Shown: positions 35,239 to 44,940, numbered from the stretch's first letter. The stretch is DNA of 64,000 nt from an uncultured Eubacteriales bacterium (GCA_934476315.1 CAKSNQ010000005.1:9581-73580); one strand, 5' to 3'. The notes: generated by a model not told the origin, from the sequence alone. Made by a program: numbers and translations.

Positions 35239-36339
35239 ATGAACCGGGAGAAGTTTGTAAGGACAGTGCGCGCGGGGAATTCTGAATTAACGGCGCGCGT
35301 GTTTGGTATGTTCGATTCCAATGTTCATTTGATTGAGCATACGTTTGACGTGGAAGTCCGTAATCGGACGCCGCAGGGGAGCGAGGACGACACCTTGTCC
35401 GTGGAGGGCAACGGCGAAGCGAATGTCAACCGCGCGGCGCAGGTTCTCGGAGCGCTCTGCGAAGCGGCACAACGCGGCGATGAGATTACCGAGCAATTTC
35501 TTCGCTATCTGATCAGCATGACGCAGGCGGGACGGCAGGAGGAATTGTCCGAAATGACGTCGGACAGCCTGCTTGTGACAACACGCGGTAAACCCATTCG
35601 CCCCAAGACCGTCGGTCAAAAAAAATACGTTGAATTGATCCGGAAAAACACGATCGTATTCGGCGTGGGACCTGCCGGGACAGGGAAGACCTTTCTTGCC
35701 GTCGCCATGGCGGTAAAAGCCTTGCGTGAAAAAAAGGTCAGCCGCATTATTCTGACCCGTCCGGCGATTGAAGCGGGAGAGAGACTCGGCTTTTTGCCGG
35801 GTGACCTGCAAAGTAAGATCGATCCCTACCTCCGCCCCTTGTACGACGCGCTCTTTGAAATGATGGGACCGGAAAATTATCAGGCGTGCGTTGAAAAACA
35901 GACCATCGAGGTCGCGCCGCTGGCGTATATGCGCGGGCGCACGCTGGACGATTCCTTTATCATTCTGGACGAGGCACAGAATGCGACGCCGGAGCAAATG
36001 AAAATGTTTCTGACGCGACTTGGCTTCAATTCCAAAGCGGTCATTACGGGCGACCTGACACAAACAGACCTGCCGCGAGGAGTGCGGAGCGGATTGTCGA
36101 TGGTGGTCAGAATCCTTGCCGATGTCGAGGACATTGCCGTGTTCCGCTTCAGCGAACAGGATGTCGTCCGTCATCATCTGGTGCAGAAAATCATCCAAGC
36201 GTACGACCGTTACGAGCACAACCGCCACCCGCAGGAGACTCTCACCGCGGAAATCTCCGACAACAGGCAGTCCGACCGACGCCTGTTGTGGGGATCACAC
36301 CAGAGAAATAATAAGAAATATACCGATCACTCAAAGTAA
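35239..36339 (+). CDS. phoH: PhoH-family ATPase
   Basis: Walker A is GPAGTGKTFLAVA. It also has ILTRPAIEAGE.LGFLPGDL and ILDEAQN segments. Confidence 0.9.
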   Translation: MNREKFVRTVRAGNSELTARVFGMFDSNVHLIEHTFDVEVRNRTPQGSEDDTLSVEGNGEANVNRAAQVLGALCEAAQRGDEITEQFLRYLISMTQAGRQEELSEMTSDSLLVTTRGKPIRPKTVGQKKYVELIRKNTIVFGVGPAGTGKTFLAVAMAVKALREKKVSRIILTRPAIEAGERLGFLPGDLQSKIDPYLRPLYDALFEMMGPENYQACVEKQTIEVAPLAYMRGRTLDDSFIILDEAQNATPEQMKMFLTRLGFNSKAVITGDLTQTDLPRGVRSGLSMVVRILADVEDIAVFRFSEQDVVRHHLVQKIIQAYDRYEHNRHPQETLTAEISDNRQSDRRLLWGSHQRNNKKYTDHSK

Positions 36340-36417
36340 CTACGGGGATTTTCCCCGGACGGTTCACCCAATCGACAAAAGACAAAAAAACAGGAAGAGT
36401 AAGGGAGTCAGAGAAAA

Positions 36418-36930
36418 ATGAACGTGATTGTTTATTATGAAAATCAACAAAAAAAAGAAAAAATCAACTATAAGTTAAAAATGCTCATTCGGCGCGCCAT
36501 TCTTGAAACGCTCGCCTATGAACAATACGGTAACGACGTCGAGGTCAGCGTGACTTTTACGGACAACGAGGGAATCCGGGAGATCAATCGCCGTTTCCGG
36601 AACATCGACGCCGCCACGGACGTACTTTCATTCCCGCTCTTCGATTACGAAAACGAAAAAGGCGAGCCTCCCATTGATGAGGTTGAGAATATGTTGGGTG
36701 ACATTGTTCTGAATCCGGAGCGTGCCCGTGTGCAAGCGCAGGAGTACGGACATTCCTTCGAGCGGGAAATGGCGTTTCTGACCGTTCATTCCATGCTCCA
36801 TCTGCTGGGATATGACCACGAAACATGCGAGCAGGACGAGCTGGATATGCGCCGCCGCCAGCACGAGATCATGGATCGCCTGGGGCTCTCGGTCGTAAGA
36901 GAACCTCAAAACTCAACTGAACCGGACTGA
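36418..36930 (+). CDS. ybeY: rRNA maturation endoribonuclease YbeY
   Basis: 170 aa with the zinc motif HSMLHLLGYDH. Confidence 0.9.
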   Translation: MNVIVYYENQQKKEKINYKLKMLIRRAILETLAYEQYGNDVEVSVTFTDNEGIREINRRFRNIDAATDVLSFPLFDYENEKGEPPIDEVENMLGDIVLNPERARVQAQEYGHSFEREMAFLTVHSMLHLLGYDHETCEQDELDMRRRQHEIMDRLGLSVVREPQNSTEPD

Positions 36931-36944
36931 GAGGGGGGCCCCTT

Positions 36945-37430
36945 TTGCCGTATCCGAAACATCGGCGTGTGAGACCGACTTCTGTGGTGCGGGCGGCGGA
37001 CAAGCAGGCTCCGGAGCAACCGACACGCGGTCGGACGGAAAATTTTTTCACGGCACACGCGCGCCTACTGACTTTTCTCGCCTGCATCGCCTTATTTTTG
37101 ATTTTGTGCGGACCGATCAACATTTTTCGGGTCAACACATGGGTGAGCGAACGAGTGCAGGAGTCTGCCCGGATGCCGGTAGAGACGCTGATGCAGATTG
37201 CCGACCGCGGAGCCGCGCTGACATGGGATGACTTCGGGGGGTACGCGTTCCACGTCGTGGCAGAGGATGTGTGCTACATACGTCGGTACGAGGTTCGCGG
37301 AGGGGAATACGTGCTGTTTGTCAGCGCGGATGTCTGCGACGATCCGATCCGTACGGCGATTGTGATTCGCCTGTCGGACGCGGCGCGTGCCGACCTGATC
37401 TCCGAGGATAGCGCTTTTCTCTTTGAATGA
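36945..37430 (+). CDS. Hypothetical membrane-anchored protein
   Basis: TTG start with SD GAGAGGGGGG. It has a basic N-terminus, then one TM helix (LLTFLACIALFLILCGPI). It occupies the slot between ybeY and era. There is no recognisable motif. Confidence 0.5.
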   Translation: MPYPKHRRVRPTSVVRAADKQAPEQPTRGRTENFFTAHARLLTFLACIALFLILCGPINIFRVNTWVSERVQESARMPVETLMQIADRGAALTWDDFGGYAFHVVAEDVCYIRRYEVRGGEYVLFVSADVCDDPIRTAIVIRLSDAARADLISEDSAFLFE

Positions 37431-37499
37431 TAGTTCGCGCGGAAATCCCCGTGCACCGAAAGAAAAATAAAATCAATGACATAAAGGATAAATTTAACG

Positions 37500-38393
37500 A
37501 TGGGTAACAAAAAGACGGCGTATATTGCCATTGTCGGACGCCCCAATGTAGGAAAATCGACGCTTCTGAACGCAATGATTCGTGAAAAAATCGCGATTGT
37601 GTCCAACAAACCGCAGACCACGCGCAACCGGATTCTCGGGATTCTCACGCGCGACGACGACCAGTTTGTCTTTCTGGATACGCCGGGAATTTTCAAGCCG
37701 CGCAACGCGCTCGGCGAGTATATGGTCAAGGAAGCGGACAGTACGCTGTCAGACGCCGACGCTGTGATCGTCATGGTTGACGCGGCGAAGCCGATCGGTG
37801 AGGTGGAGGAGCGTCTGATCGCCTCTCTGGAATCCTCGGGGCTTCCCGCGATTCTCGCCGTCAATAAAATGGATACGGTGACGCCGGAACAGCTTGCGCT
37901 TTGCCTGAAAACCTACGCAGATCGTTACGCATTTGACGCATTTGTTCCGCTGAGCGCCAAAAACAGCAAGAATATCGAGGTATTGCTGACGGAATGCAGC
38001 GCCTTTCTGAGTGAATCCGAGTGGTTTTTCCCGGAGGATATGACAACGGACCAGCCAATCCGGCAAATGGCAGCCGAAATTATCCGCGAGAAAATTTTGC
38101 GAACGCTTGACAAAGAGGTTCCTCACGGTGTGGCGGTCGTGATCGAAGAATTTCGTGAGGAGGGAGATCTGACCCGCATCCGTGCCGAAATTTTCTGCGA
38201 AAAGGCATCCCACAAGGGGATTATCGTAGGAAAGAATGGGGAGGAGCTGAAGCGCGTCGGCTCCTACGCACGAGCGGATCTGGAGAAATTGCTCGGTTGC
38301 AAGGTGTACCTGAATCTTTGGGTCAAGGTCAAGGAAAACTGGCGCGACAGCGCGAGAAGCGTGACTAATTTCGGCTATACAGAAGATCGTTGA
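37500..38393 (+). CDS. era: GTPase Era
   Basis: G1 motif is GRPNVGKSTL, G3 is DTPG and G4 is NKMD. A C-terminal KH domain is present. Confidence 0.95.
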   Translation: MGNKKTAYIAIVGRPNVGKSTLLNAMIREKIAIVSNKPQTTRNRILGILTRDDDQFVFLDTPGIFKPRNALGEYMVKEADSTLSDADAVIVMVDAAKPIGEVEERLIASLESSGLPAILAVNKMDTVTPEQLALCLKTYADRYAFDAFVPLSAKNSKNIEVLLTECSAFLSESEWFFPEDMTTDQPIRQMAAEIIREKILRTLDKEVPHGVAVVIEEFREEGDLTRIRAEIFCEKASHKGIIVGKNGEELKRVGSYARADLEKLLGCKVYLNLWVKVKENWRDSARSVTNFGYTEDR

Positions 38394-38455
38394 CCGCGGT
38401 CGGGATCCACCGGTTTGCGAAAACCGAAAGTGCGAAATACAAAAGGGAGGTTCTT

Positions 38456-39271
38456 ATGCCTGAATTGTGCCATACGCCGGGTGTTGTTATCCGGGCGCGC
38501 AGGGATAAAGATGTGCTCCTGACGCTCCTGACCCCAACGCTTGGCAGAATTTCGGTGATCGCCAAGGGCGCCCGCTCGCTCAAGGGACCACAGATGTCAC
38601 TGAGCCAGGTGTTTTGCTACGGAGACTACGAGTTGTACCGTCGCGGGGAAATTTACTGGCTCCGCACCGGGGAATTGAAAGACAATTTTTACGGCGTCGC
38701 GCAACGGCTCGACGCGCTCAATCTTGCTTCGTACTTCTGCGACGTGGCGTCCTTAGCGAGCGAACCGGATGTTCCGGCGGCGGAGCTGATGCGCCTTCTG
38801 CTGAATTGTCTGGCGTTTCTGGAGCGGGAAACGTACCCCGATCTGCTGATTAAAGGTGTGTTTGAATGGCGCGTGCTTGCCATGCAGGGACTGTCCCCGT
38901 CGCTTGGCTCCTGCCCGCGTTGCGGGCGGCGTGTTGAGGATATTTGCGCGGCTTCTCCGCTGGAAAACTTCACGCTGGATATTACGCAGGGGGCTTTACT
39001 GTGCGGCAAATGTCGCGGCGGACAGGTCGGAGCGCTCCCCGGTGTCGGAGTTGTTCCCAGCACCTCGGTGTCGGACGCGGTGCTTCTGTCCGCAGACGCG
39101 CTGGCGGCAATCCGCTTTGCACTCCGGACACCGATGGAGCGGATGATGTCGTTCCGCATGGAAAATCCGGAGGACATCCGCATGTTTTCTACGGCGGGAG
39201 AAAAATTTCTGCGTTATCACATGGACTGCGACAGCAAGGCACTTTCGATGTATTATGCTATGAAAATCTAA
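38456..39271 (+). CDS. recO: DNA repair protein RecO
   Basis: Start has SD GGGAGG 5 nt upstream. It has an OB-fold N-terminus and a C-terminal zinc motif (CPRCG...CGKC). It follows era as in Bacillus. Confidence 0.85.
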   Translation: MPELCHTPGVVIRARRDKDVLLTLLTPTLGRISVIAKGARSLKGPQMSLSQVFCYGDYELYRRGEIYWLRTGELKDNFYGVAQRLDALNLASYFCDVASLASEPDVPAAELMRLLLNCLAFLERETYPDLLIKGVFEWRVLAMQGLSPSLGSCPRCGRRVEDICAASPLENFTLDITQGALLCGKCRGGQVGALPGVGVVPSTSVSDAVLLSADALAAIRFALRTPMERMMSFRMENPEDIRMFSTAGEKFLRYHMDCDSKALSMYYAMKI

Positions 39272-39385
39272 TAGTAAGAGAAAAAAACAACCAACGAGAG
39301 ATTTTGAGGAGTTTATATGCGCTTGACGTCGGCTCCGGCGGAGTGCCATGAACTCGCAACTGTGAAGATTTGATAAAGGACGAAC

Positions 39386-41797
39386 ATGAAAATTACGGAA
39401 AAAACACGATCTACATTGGAATTTGATCGCGTATGCGAAATGTTGGCGGAATGTGCCCCGACGGAGGGAAGCCGCGCCATGGCGTATACGCTGATGCCAT
39501 CGGACGAGATCGGGACCGTTCTGCGGCGTCTGCGGCGCACGACGGACGCCAGACGCATGTCCGACGCCAAGGGAATGCCATCGTTCGGCATGGTGGTGGA
39601 CATCGGGGACGCGTGCGAGCGTGCGGAAAAAGGCGCTGTGCTGACGCCTCGGGAGCTACTTGATATTGCCCGCGTTCTGACAACCTCCCGCACATTGCGG
39701 GAATACGGCACGGAAAACCGGAATTTCGAGACCTCGCTGGACGAAATGTTTGAGCGTCTGATCCCAAACCGACACCTGGAGAGCGAAATCACGCATTCCA
39801 TTCTGGCGGAGGACATGATCGCCGATGAAGCGAGCAGTGCGTTGGCAGATATCCGACGCAACATCCGTTCCGTCAACAACCGGATTAAGGAGACTCTTCA
39901 GAAATACATTTCCGGTGGGACTCACGCCAAATACCTGCAGGAAAATCTCGTGACTACGCGGGACGGTAGGTATGTGATTCCCGTGCGTGCCGAGCACCGA
40001 GGCGATGTCCCGGGACTTTTGCACGATACGTCCGCCTCGGGCGCCACGCTGTTTATCGAACCGATGCCGGTTGTCGAGGCTAACAACGAGCTACGTATGC
40101 TCCGCGCGAAGGAGGAGAGGGAAATTGAAAAAATTCTTGCGACCCTTTCCGCGCATGTGAGCGACGCCGGGACCGCACTGAGCCTCAATTACCGCAATAT
40201 CACGGAGCTGGCGTTCATCTTTGCCTGCGGCGAGCTGTCGTCAAGAATGCGCGGCATTGCTCCGACCCTCACCGGTCAGCGGATGGTCTCGCTCACGCGT
40301 GCCCGTCACCCGCTGATCGACAAAAATCAGGTCGTTCCGATTGATCTTTCTATCGGGCGCGAGGAAGATGGCACGGGATATGATACGCTCATTATTACGG
40401 GACCGAACACGGGCGGCAAAACGGTTGCGCTGAAAACACTCGGGCTGTTTTGCCTGATGGCGCAGTCGGGGCTGCACATTCCGGCGGAGGAGCCGTCGTC
40501 GATGTGCTTGTTTGACCGCGTTCTCGTGGACCTCGGTGACGAGCAAAGCATCGAGCAATCGCTGTCCACCTTCTCCTCTCACATGGTCAACATCGTGGAC
40601 ATTCTCAAAAATCTGACCACAAAGTCGCTGGTACTGTTCGATGAGCTGGGCGGGGGAACCGACCCGGTGGAGGGCGCGGCGCTCGCAGTGGCGATTATCG
40701 ACGCCGTGCGGAAAGCCGGGGCTGTCTGCGCGGCGACCACGCACTATGCTGAGCTGAAGGCGTACGCGTTATCCACGCCCGGAGTATGCAATGCGTCCTG
40801 TGAATTTGATGTTGAAACCCTCAAACCAACCTATCGCCTCATCATCGGCACGCCCGGGAAATCCAACGCCTTTGCCATCTCGTCCAAGCTGGGGCTTCCC
40901 GATGAAATTGTTGAGAATGCCAAAGCCTATATCAGTGCGGATAACAAAAAATTTGAGGATGTGATCGGTGAGCTGGAGCAAAGCCGATTGGAAATGGAAA
41001 AGGAGAAGGCGACGGCGCATCGGTTGCGGGAAGAGTACGAGACATTCAAAAACCGCGCCGAGCGGCAGATCTCCCAGCGGTTGACGGAATCGGAAACAAT
41101 GCTGAATAAGGCAAAGGAAAAAGCGCAGGCGCTTCTGACAGGAGCCAAGGCTTCCAGCGACTATATTCTGGAGCAGGCGGACAAGGTTCGCCGCGCTCAG
41201 CAGACCGACCGACTGGCACAGCAACTGGAGGAGACGCGGCGAAACGTCCGCGAGCACATACGGGCAAGCGAGGCGCTGATCGATCCGGTGGAGGAGCAGA
41301 CGCGGAACGAAAATTACGTTCTGCCGCGTGCACTGCACAAAGGCGATGAGGTCATGCTGATGAATATCCGCAAGCCGGGAATTCTTCTGACCGATCCGGA
41401 CAGCCGGGGAAACGTGACTGTCAAGGCGGGAATCATTACAAGCAAGACCAACATTTCCAATCTGCAACTGATTGAAAATGACAACACATTTGTGATTACG
41501 GCTGACCGCGACCGCAAAAAAGCATCCGACTTTCGTGCACAGGTCAGTTATGATTTCAAGCCGGAGATCGATCTGCGCGGCATGACCGGTGAGGAAGCAT
41601 GGCTTGCGGTGGACAAATACCTCGATGAGGCGCAGCTTCACGGGATTCACACCGTGTCCCTGATTCACGGAAAGGGAACAGGAGCGTTGCGGAAAGCTCT
41701 GTGGGAGTTTTTGCGCAGAGACCGCCGGATCGCGAATTATCGTCTGGGACAGTACGGCGAGGGCGACAGCGGCGTGACGCTGGTCGAGGTAAAATAA
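39386..41797 (+). CDS. mutS2: Endonuclease MutS2 (MutS-family ATPase with C-terminal Smr domain)
   Basis: 803 aa. Walker A is ITGPNTGGKT, followed by DELGGGTDP. The Smr end reads DLRGM..EEA...V...L......G......IHGKGTGALR. Confidence 0.9.
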   Translation: MKITEKTRSTLEFDRVCEMLAECAPTEGSRAMAYTLMPSDEIGTVLRRLRRTTDARRMSDAKGMPSFGMVVDIGDACERAEKGAVLTPRELLDIARVLTTSRTLREYGTENRNFETSLDEMFERLIPNRHLESEITHSILAEDMIADEASSALADIRRNIRSVNNRIKETLQKYISGGTHAKYLQENLVTTRDGRYVIPVRAEHRGDVPGLLHDTSASGATLFIEPMPVVEANNELRMLRAKEEREIEKILATLSAHVSDAGTALSLNYRNITELAFIFACGELSSRMRGIAPTLTGQRMVSLTRARHPLIDKNQVVPIDLSIGREEDGTGYDTLIITGPNTGGKTVALKTLGLFCLMAQSGLHIPAEEPSSMCLFDRVLVDLGDEQSIEQSLSTFSSHMVNIVDILKNLTTKSLVLFDELGGGTDPVEGAALAVAIIDAVRKAGAVCAATTHYAELKAYALSTPGVCNASCEFDVETLKPTYRLIIGTPGKSNAFAISSKLGLPDEIVENAKAYISADNKKFEDVIGELEQSRLEMEKEKATAHRLREEYETFKNRAERQISQRLTESETMLNKAKEKAQALLTGAKASSDYILEQADKVRRAQQTDRLAQQLEETRRNVREHIRASEALIDPVEEQTRNENYVLPRALHKGDEVMLMNIRKPGILLTDPDSRGNVTVKAGIITSKTNISNLQLIENDNTFVITADRDRKKASDFRAQVSYDFKPEIDLRGMTGEEAWLAVDKYLDEAQLHGIHTVSLIHGKGTGALRKALWEFLRRDRRIANYRLGQYGEGDSGVTLVEVK

Positions 41798-41912
41798 TGG
41801 GATTCGGGCACCTCGCCCCGGGCGAAAACCATCGGAAAAACCGTTTCTTTGTCGTATTCCGAACCGTGCGCTATATCCTTTTGTGTAACCTGACAAAAAT
41901 AGGAAGCGTATA

Positions 41913-41941
41913 TTGACAATATCGGACTTGTGTGGTATAAT
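41913..41941 (+). promoter_or_regulatory. Sigma-A promoter, exact TTGACA-N17-TATAAT with a TG extension
   Basis: TTGACA lies at 41913-41918 and TGGTATAAT ends at 41941. It sits about 110 nt upstream of the MgsA-like gene. Confidence 0.7.
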
Positions 41942-42053
41942 TAGGCATAAAATCAGAACGATATGGCAATATTTGTTGTGCATAGCGACAAGATTCCGGC
42001 GTTTTGTATGGCAGTTTCCAAGCAAATTCGATAAAACAGAGAGGATGGTTGAA

Positions 42054-42494
42054 ATGGAGATCGCTATTATTGCCCACGATACAAAAAAAGAATTGATGAC
42101 ACAGTTCTGCATTGCGTATTGCGGGATACTGAGCAAGCATAATCTGTATGCGACAAGCATTACGGCAAAGTATATATCGGAAGCTACGGGACTAACCATT
42201 GAACGTCTTCTGACCGGAGACCAGGGTGGCGAGGAACAGATTGCTTCCCGGATCGCCTACAATGAAATCGATGTGTTGCTCGATTTTCGGGATACACGAC
42301 CGAGTGAAAAAGAGAGCGAAGTGGAACATGAGCTGTTCCGTTTGTGCGATATGTACAACATCCCGGTGGCGACAAATATCGCGACCGCAGAGGTCCTGAT
42401 TACGGCGCTGGATCGCGGAGATCTGGATTGGCGCGATATTGTGAACCCGCACTCTGCTTACAACCTCCGAAAAAAGAGCGCGGCGGGAAAATAA
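42054..42494 (+). CDS. Methylglyoxal-synthase-like (MGS-like) domain protein lacking canonical catalytic residues
   Basis: Start is at MEIAIIAHD with SD GAGAGG 9 nt upstream. It aligns without gaps to Bacillus MgsA as remembered for the first ~120 aa, but the GGD, PHEPD and ATGTTG motifs are altered. Confidence 0.75.
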   Translation: MEIAIIAHDTKKELMTQFCIAYCGILSKHNLYATSITAKYISEATGLTIERLLTGDQGGEEQIASRIAYNEIDVLLDFRDTRPSEKESEVEHELFRLCDMYNIPVATNIATAEVLITALDRGDLDWRDIVNPHSAYNLRKKSAAGK

Positions 42495-42513
42495 AATAAA
42501 TTTTCAAACCCTC

Positions 42514-42542
42514 TTGACAAACGGAGCGGTTTGAAGTAAAAT
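42514..42542 (+). promoter_or_regulatory. Sigma-A promoter TTGACA-N17-TAAAAT for the thrS leader
   Basis: TTGACA lies at 42514-42519, followed by a 17-nt spacer and TAAAAT at 42537-42542. Confidence 0.65.
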
Positions 42543-42548
42543 GTTGAG

Positions 42549-42752
42549 GAAGCGAATCGGACATGTGTCGGTTTTGCCGGTATACAGAGAGAGAACTACG
42601 ATTAACGTCGTGCTGTGAGGTTCTTATGCGGGCGCTCCGATGTACCACCGATGGAAAATCGTGTATAGAAATGAGAACAAAGCTCGGGTGGAACCGTGCG
42701 GATGAACAAAAATCCACACCCCGGACAGACCAATGTGTCTGCCCGGGGTTTT
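42549..42752 (+). promoter_or_regulatory. T-box riboswitch leader (tRNA-Thr sensing) with terminator/antiterminator
   Basis: AGAGAG bay lies at about 42586. A candidate ACC specifier followed by A lies at 42644-42647. The conserved T-box sequence GGGTGGAACCGTGCGG lies at 42686-42701. The terminator CCCCGGACAGAC/GTCTGCCCGGGG plus TTTT lies at 42719-42752. Confidence 0.85.
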
Positions 42753-42784
42753 GATTTAGCAAAATGAACGGAGGAAATCAAGGT

Positions 42785-44722
42785 ATGTTTCAAGTAAAAT
42801 TTGCAGAAAAAACCATGGAATTTGACGCTCCGCTGACCGTGTTTGACGCGGCAAAAGCGGCGGAGCTTGTGACACGCGCCCACATCGTGGCAAAGGTAAA
42901 CGGCGTTCTGACGGATATGACACACACGCTGGACGGTGACGCGCAGGTAGAGCTTCTGACCTTTGCCGACCCCGAGGGAAGACATGTGTTCAACCACACG
43001 GCATCCCACATTCTCGCCCAGGCGGTCAAGCGTCTCTATCCCAATGCCAAGGTGACGATCGGTCCTGCGATCGAATCCGGCTTCTATTACGATTTTGACA
43101 GCGATGTTCCTTTCACCGCTGAGGTGCTGAAGTCCATCGAGAATGAGATGAAGAAAATCGTCAAGGAAAATCTGCTGATTCAGCGCTTTGAGTTACCGCG
43201 CGCCGAGGCAATCGCTCTGATGCAGGAGCGCGAGGAACCCTACAAAGTTCAGCTGATCGAGGAGCTGCCCGAGGGAGAGGTCATCAGCTTCTACCGACAA
43301 GGAGAGTACGTCGATCTGTGCGTCGGACCGCACCTGTTTTCGACGGGAGCTGTCAAAGCGTTCAAACTCACACAGTGCACGGGCGCGTACTGGAAGGGCG
43401 ATCAGAAAAATAAGCAGTTGCAGAGAATCTACGGCATCGCATTCCCTACAAAGGAGGAGTTGAACGCGCATCTGACCGCCGTGGAAGCGGCGAAAAAGCG
43501 CGATCACAACAAGATCGGCAGGGAATTGGAGTATTTCACAACGGTGGACACGCTCGGGCAGGGGCTTCCCGTTCTGTTGCCGAAGGGCGCCCGCGTCGTT
43601 CAGGTGCTTCAGCGCTGGGTGGAGGATAAGGAACAGCGCGAGGGCTATTTGCTGACAAAAACACCGCTGATGGCAAAGAGAGAGTTCTTCAAGATTTCCG
43701 GACACTGGGATCACTACCTTGATGGCATGTTCGTCATCGGCGACCCGTTCGATGAAACCAAGGAATGCTTCGCGCTTCGCCCCATGACCTGCCCGTTCCA
43801 GTATCAGGTCTATCTGAATAAGAAACGCTCCTACCGCGATCTTCCCATGCGGCTGGGCGAAACGTCCACGCTGTTCCGCAATGAGGATTCCGGTGAGATG
43901 CATGGTCTGATCCGCGTGCGTCAGTTCACCATCTCCGAGGGACACAACATTGTCCGCCCGGATCAGCTTGAGGAGGAATTCAAGCGTTGCCTCGACCTCG
44001 CAAAATATTTCCTCGGCACAGTCGGTCTGTTTGAGGACTGCACGTTCCGCTTCTCACAGTGGGATCCCGCCAACCCGCACAACAAATACGAAGGAACCCC
44101 TGAACAGTGGGAGGAAGCGCAGGCGGCGATGAAGCGTATTCTCGACCACCTCGGCATCCAGTACTCCATCGGAATCGACGAGGCAGCGTTCTACGGACCG
44201 AAGCTGGATATTCAGTACAAGAACGTCCACGGCAAGGAGGACACCCTCGTCACCATCCAGATTGATATGTTGCTCGCCAAGAAATTCGGGATGGAATATA
44301 CCGACCGCGACGGCAAGCAGGCGACACCGTATATTCTGCACCGCACCTCGCTCGGATGCTACGAACGTACGCTTGCGTACCTGCTTGAAAAATATGCAGG
44401 CGCTCTGCCGACCTGGATGGCGCCGACGCAGGTCAAGATTCTTCCCATCGGCGAGGAGCAGTACGATTACTGCGATCAACTCACCGAAAAGTGCATGGAC
44501 CTCGGCATCCGCGCCGAAATCGACAAAAGTAACAATACCATCGGATACAAAATCCGCGGTGCTCAGACCGAGAAAGTTCCGTATATGCTGGTCATCGGTG
44601 CCAAGGAGGTTGCCGAAGGAACCGTTTCCGTTCGCTCGCGTAAGGACGGCGAGACGGGAAGTATGGCTTCCGACGCGTTCTTCGATACACTGTTGCAGGA
44701 AATCAACGAGAGAAGAAGATAA
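42785..44722 (+). CDS. thrS: Threonine--tRNA ligase
   Basis: It has a TGS N-terminus, an editing-domain HSASH-like motif (HTASHILAQAVK), class II motifs (FRNE.SG..HGL.RVRQFT) and a C-terminal anticodon-binding domain. The start could be 42764. Confidence 0.95.
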   Translation: MFQVKFAEKTMEFDAPLTVFDAAKAAELVTRAHIVAKVNGVLTDMTHTLDGDAQVELLTFADPEGRHVFNHTASHILAQAVKRLYPNAKVTIGPAIESGFYYDFDSDVPFTAEVLKSIENEMKKIVKENLLIQRFELPRAEAIALMQEREEPYKVQLIEELPEGEVISFYRQGEYVDLCVGPHLFSTGAVKAFKLTQCTGAYWKGDQKNKQLQRIYGIAFPTKEELNAHLTAVEAAKKRDHNKIGRELEYFTTVDTLGQGLPVLLPKGARVVQVLQRWVEDKEQREGYLLTKTPLMAKREFFKISGHWDHYLDGMFVIGDPFDETKECFALRPMTCPFQYQVYLNKKRSYRDLPMRLGETSTLFRNEDSGEMHGLIRVRQFTISEGHNIVRPDQLEEEFKRCLDLAKYFLGTVGLFEDCTFRFSQWDPANPHNKYEGTPEQWEEAQAAMKRILDHLGIQYSIGIDEAAFYGPKLDIQYKNVHGKEDTLVTIQIDMLLAKKFGMEYTDRDGKQATPYILHRTSLGCYERTLAYLLEKYAGALPTWMAPTQVKILPIGEEQYDYCDQLTEKCMDLGIRAEIDKSNNTIGYKIRGAQTEKVPYMLVIGAKEVAEGTVSVRSRKDGETGSMASDAFFDTLLQEINERRR

Positions 44723-44768
44723 AATCTTGTTCTTTGCCGCCTGACCGACATGTGCGAATAAAAGCAAG

Positions 44769-44808
44769 GGGGTGTGAAAAAATTCAAAAATGAATTTTTT
44801 CACACCCC
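44769..44808. terminator. 17-bp perfect hairpin downstream of thrS (no adjacent U-run)
   Basis: GGGGTGTGAAAAAATTC, a 6-nt loop, then GAATTTTTTCACACCCC. Confidence 0.5.
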
Positions 44809-44940
44809 TACGACGTTGGTCTCGGCAGCTGAACGCCGCCGTTTCGCCATCCAAAGGGTCGAAAAGTCAAGAATACGGGGCAAAAACGACCAAGATCGCA
44901 CAAAATGCCCGAAATCCGAAATCCAGACCGACATTTTTGC

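Noticed and set aside
35287-36228. 313-aa ORF antisense to phoH
   Set aside because: This is a shadow ORF opposite a gene with Walker motifs. There is no SD and the composition is implausible.
40769-42199. 476-aa ORF antisense to mutS2 that extends into the MgsA-like gene promoter region
   Set aside because: There are no motifs, the ORF spans an intergenic promoter, and the opposite strand has clear MutS2/Smr motifs.
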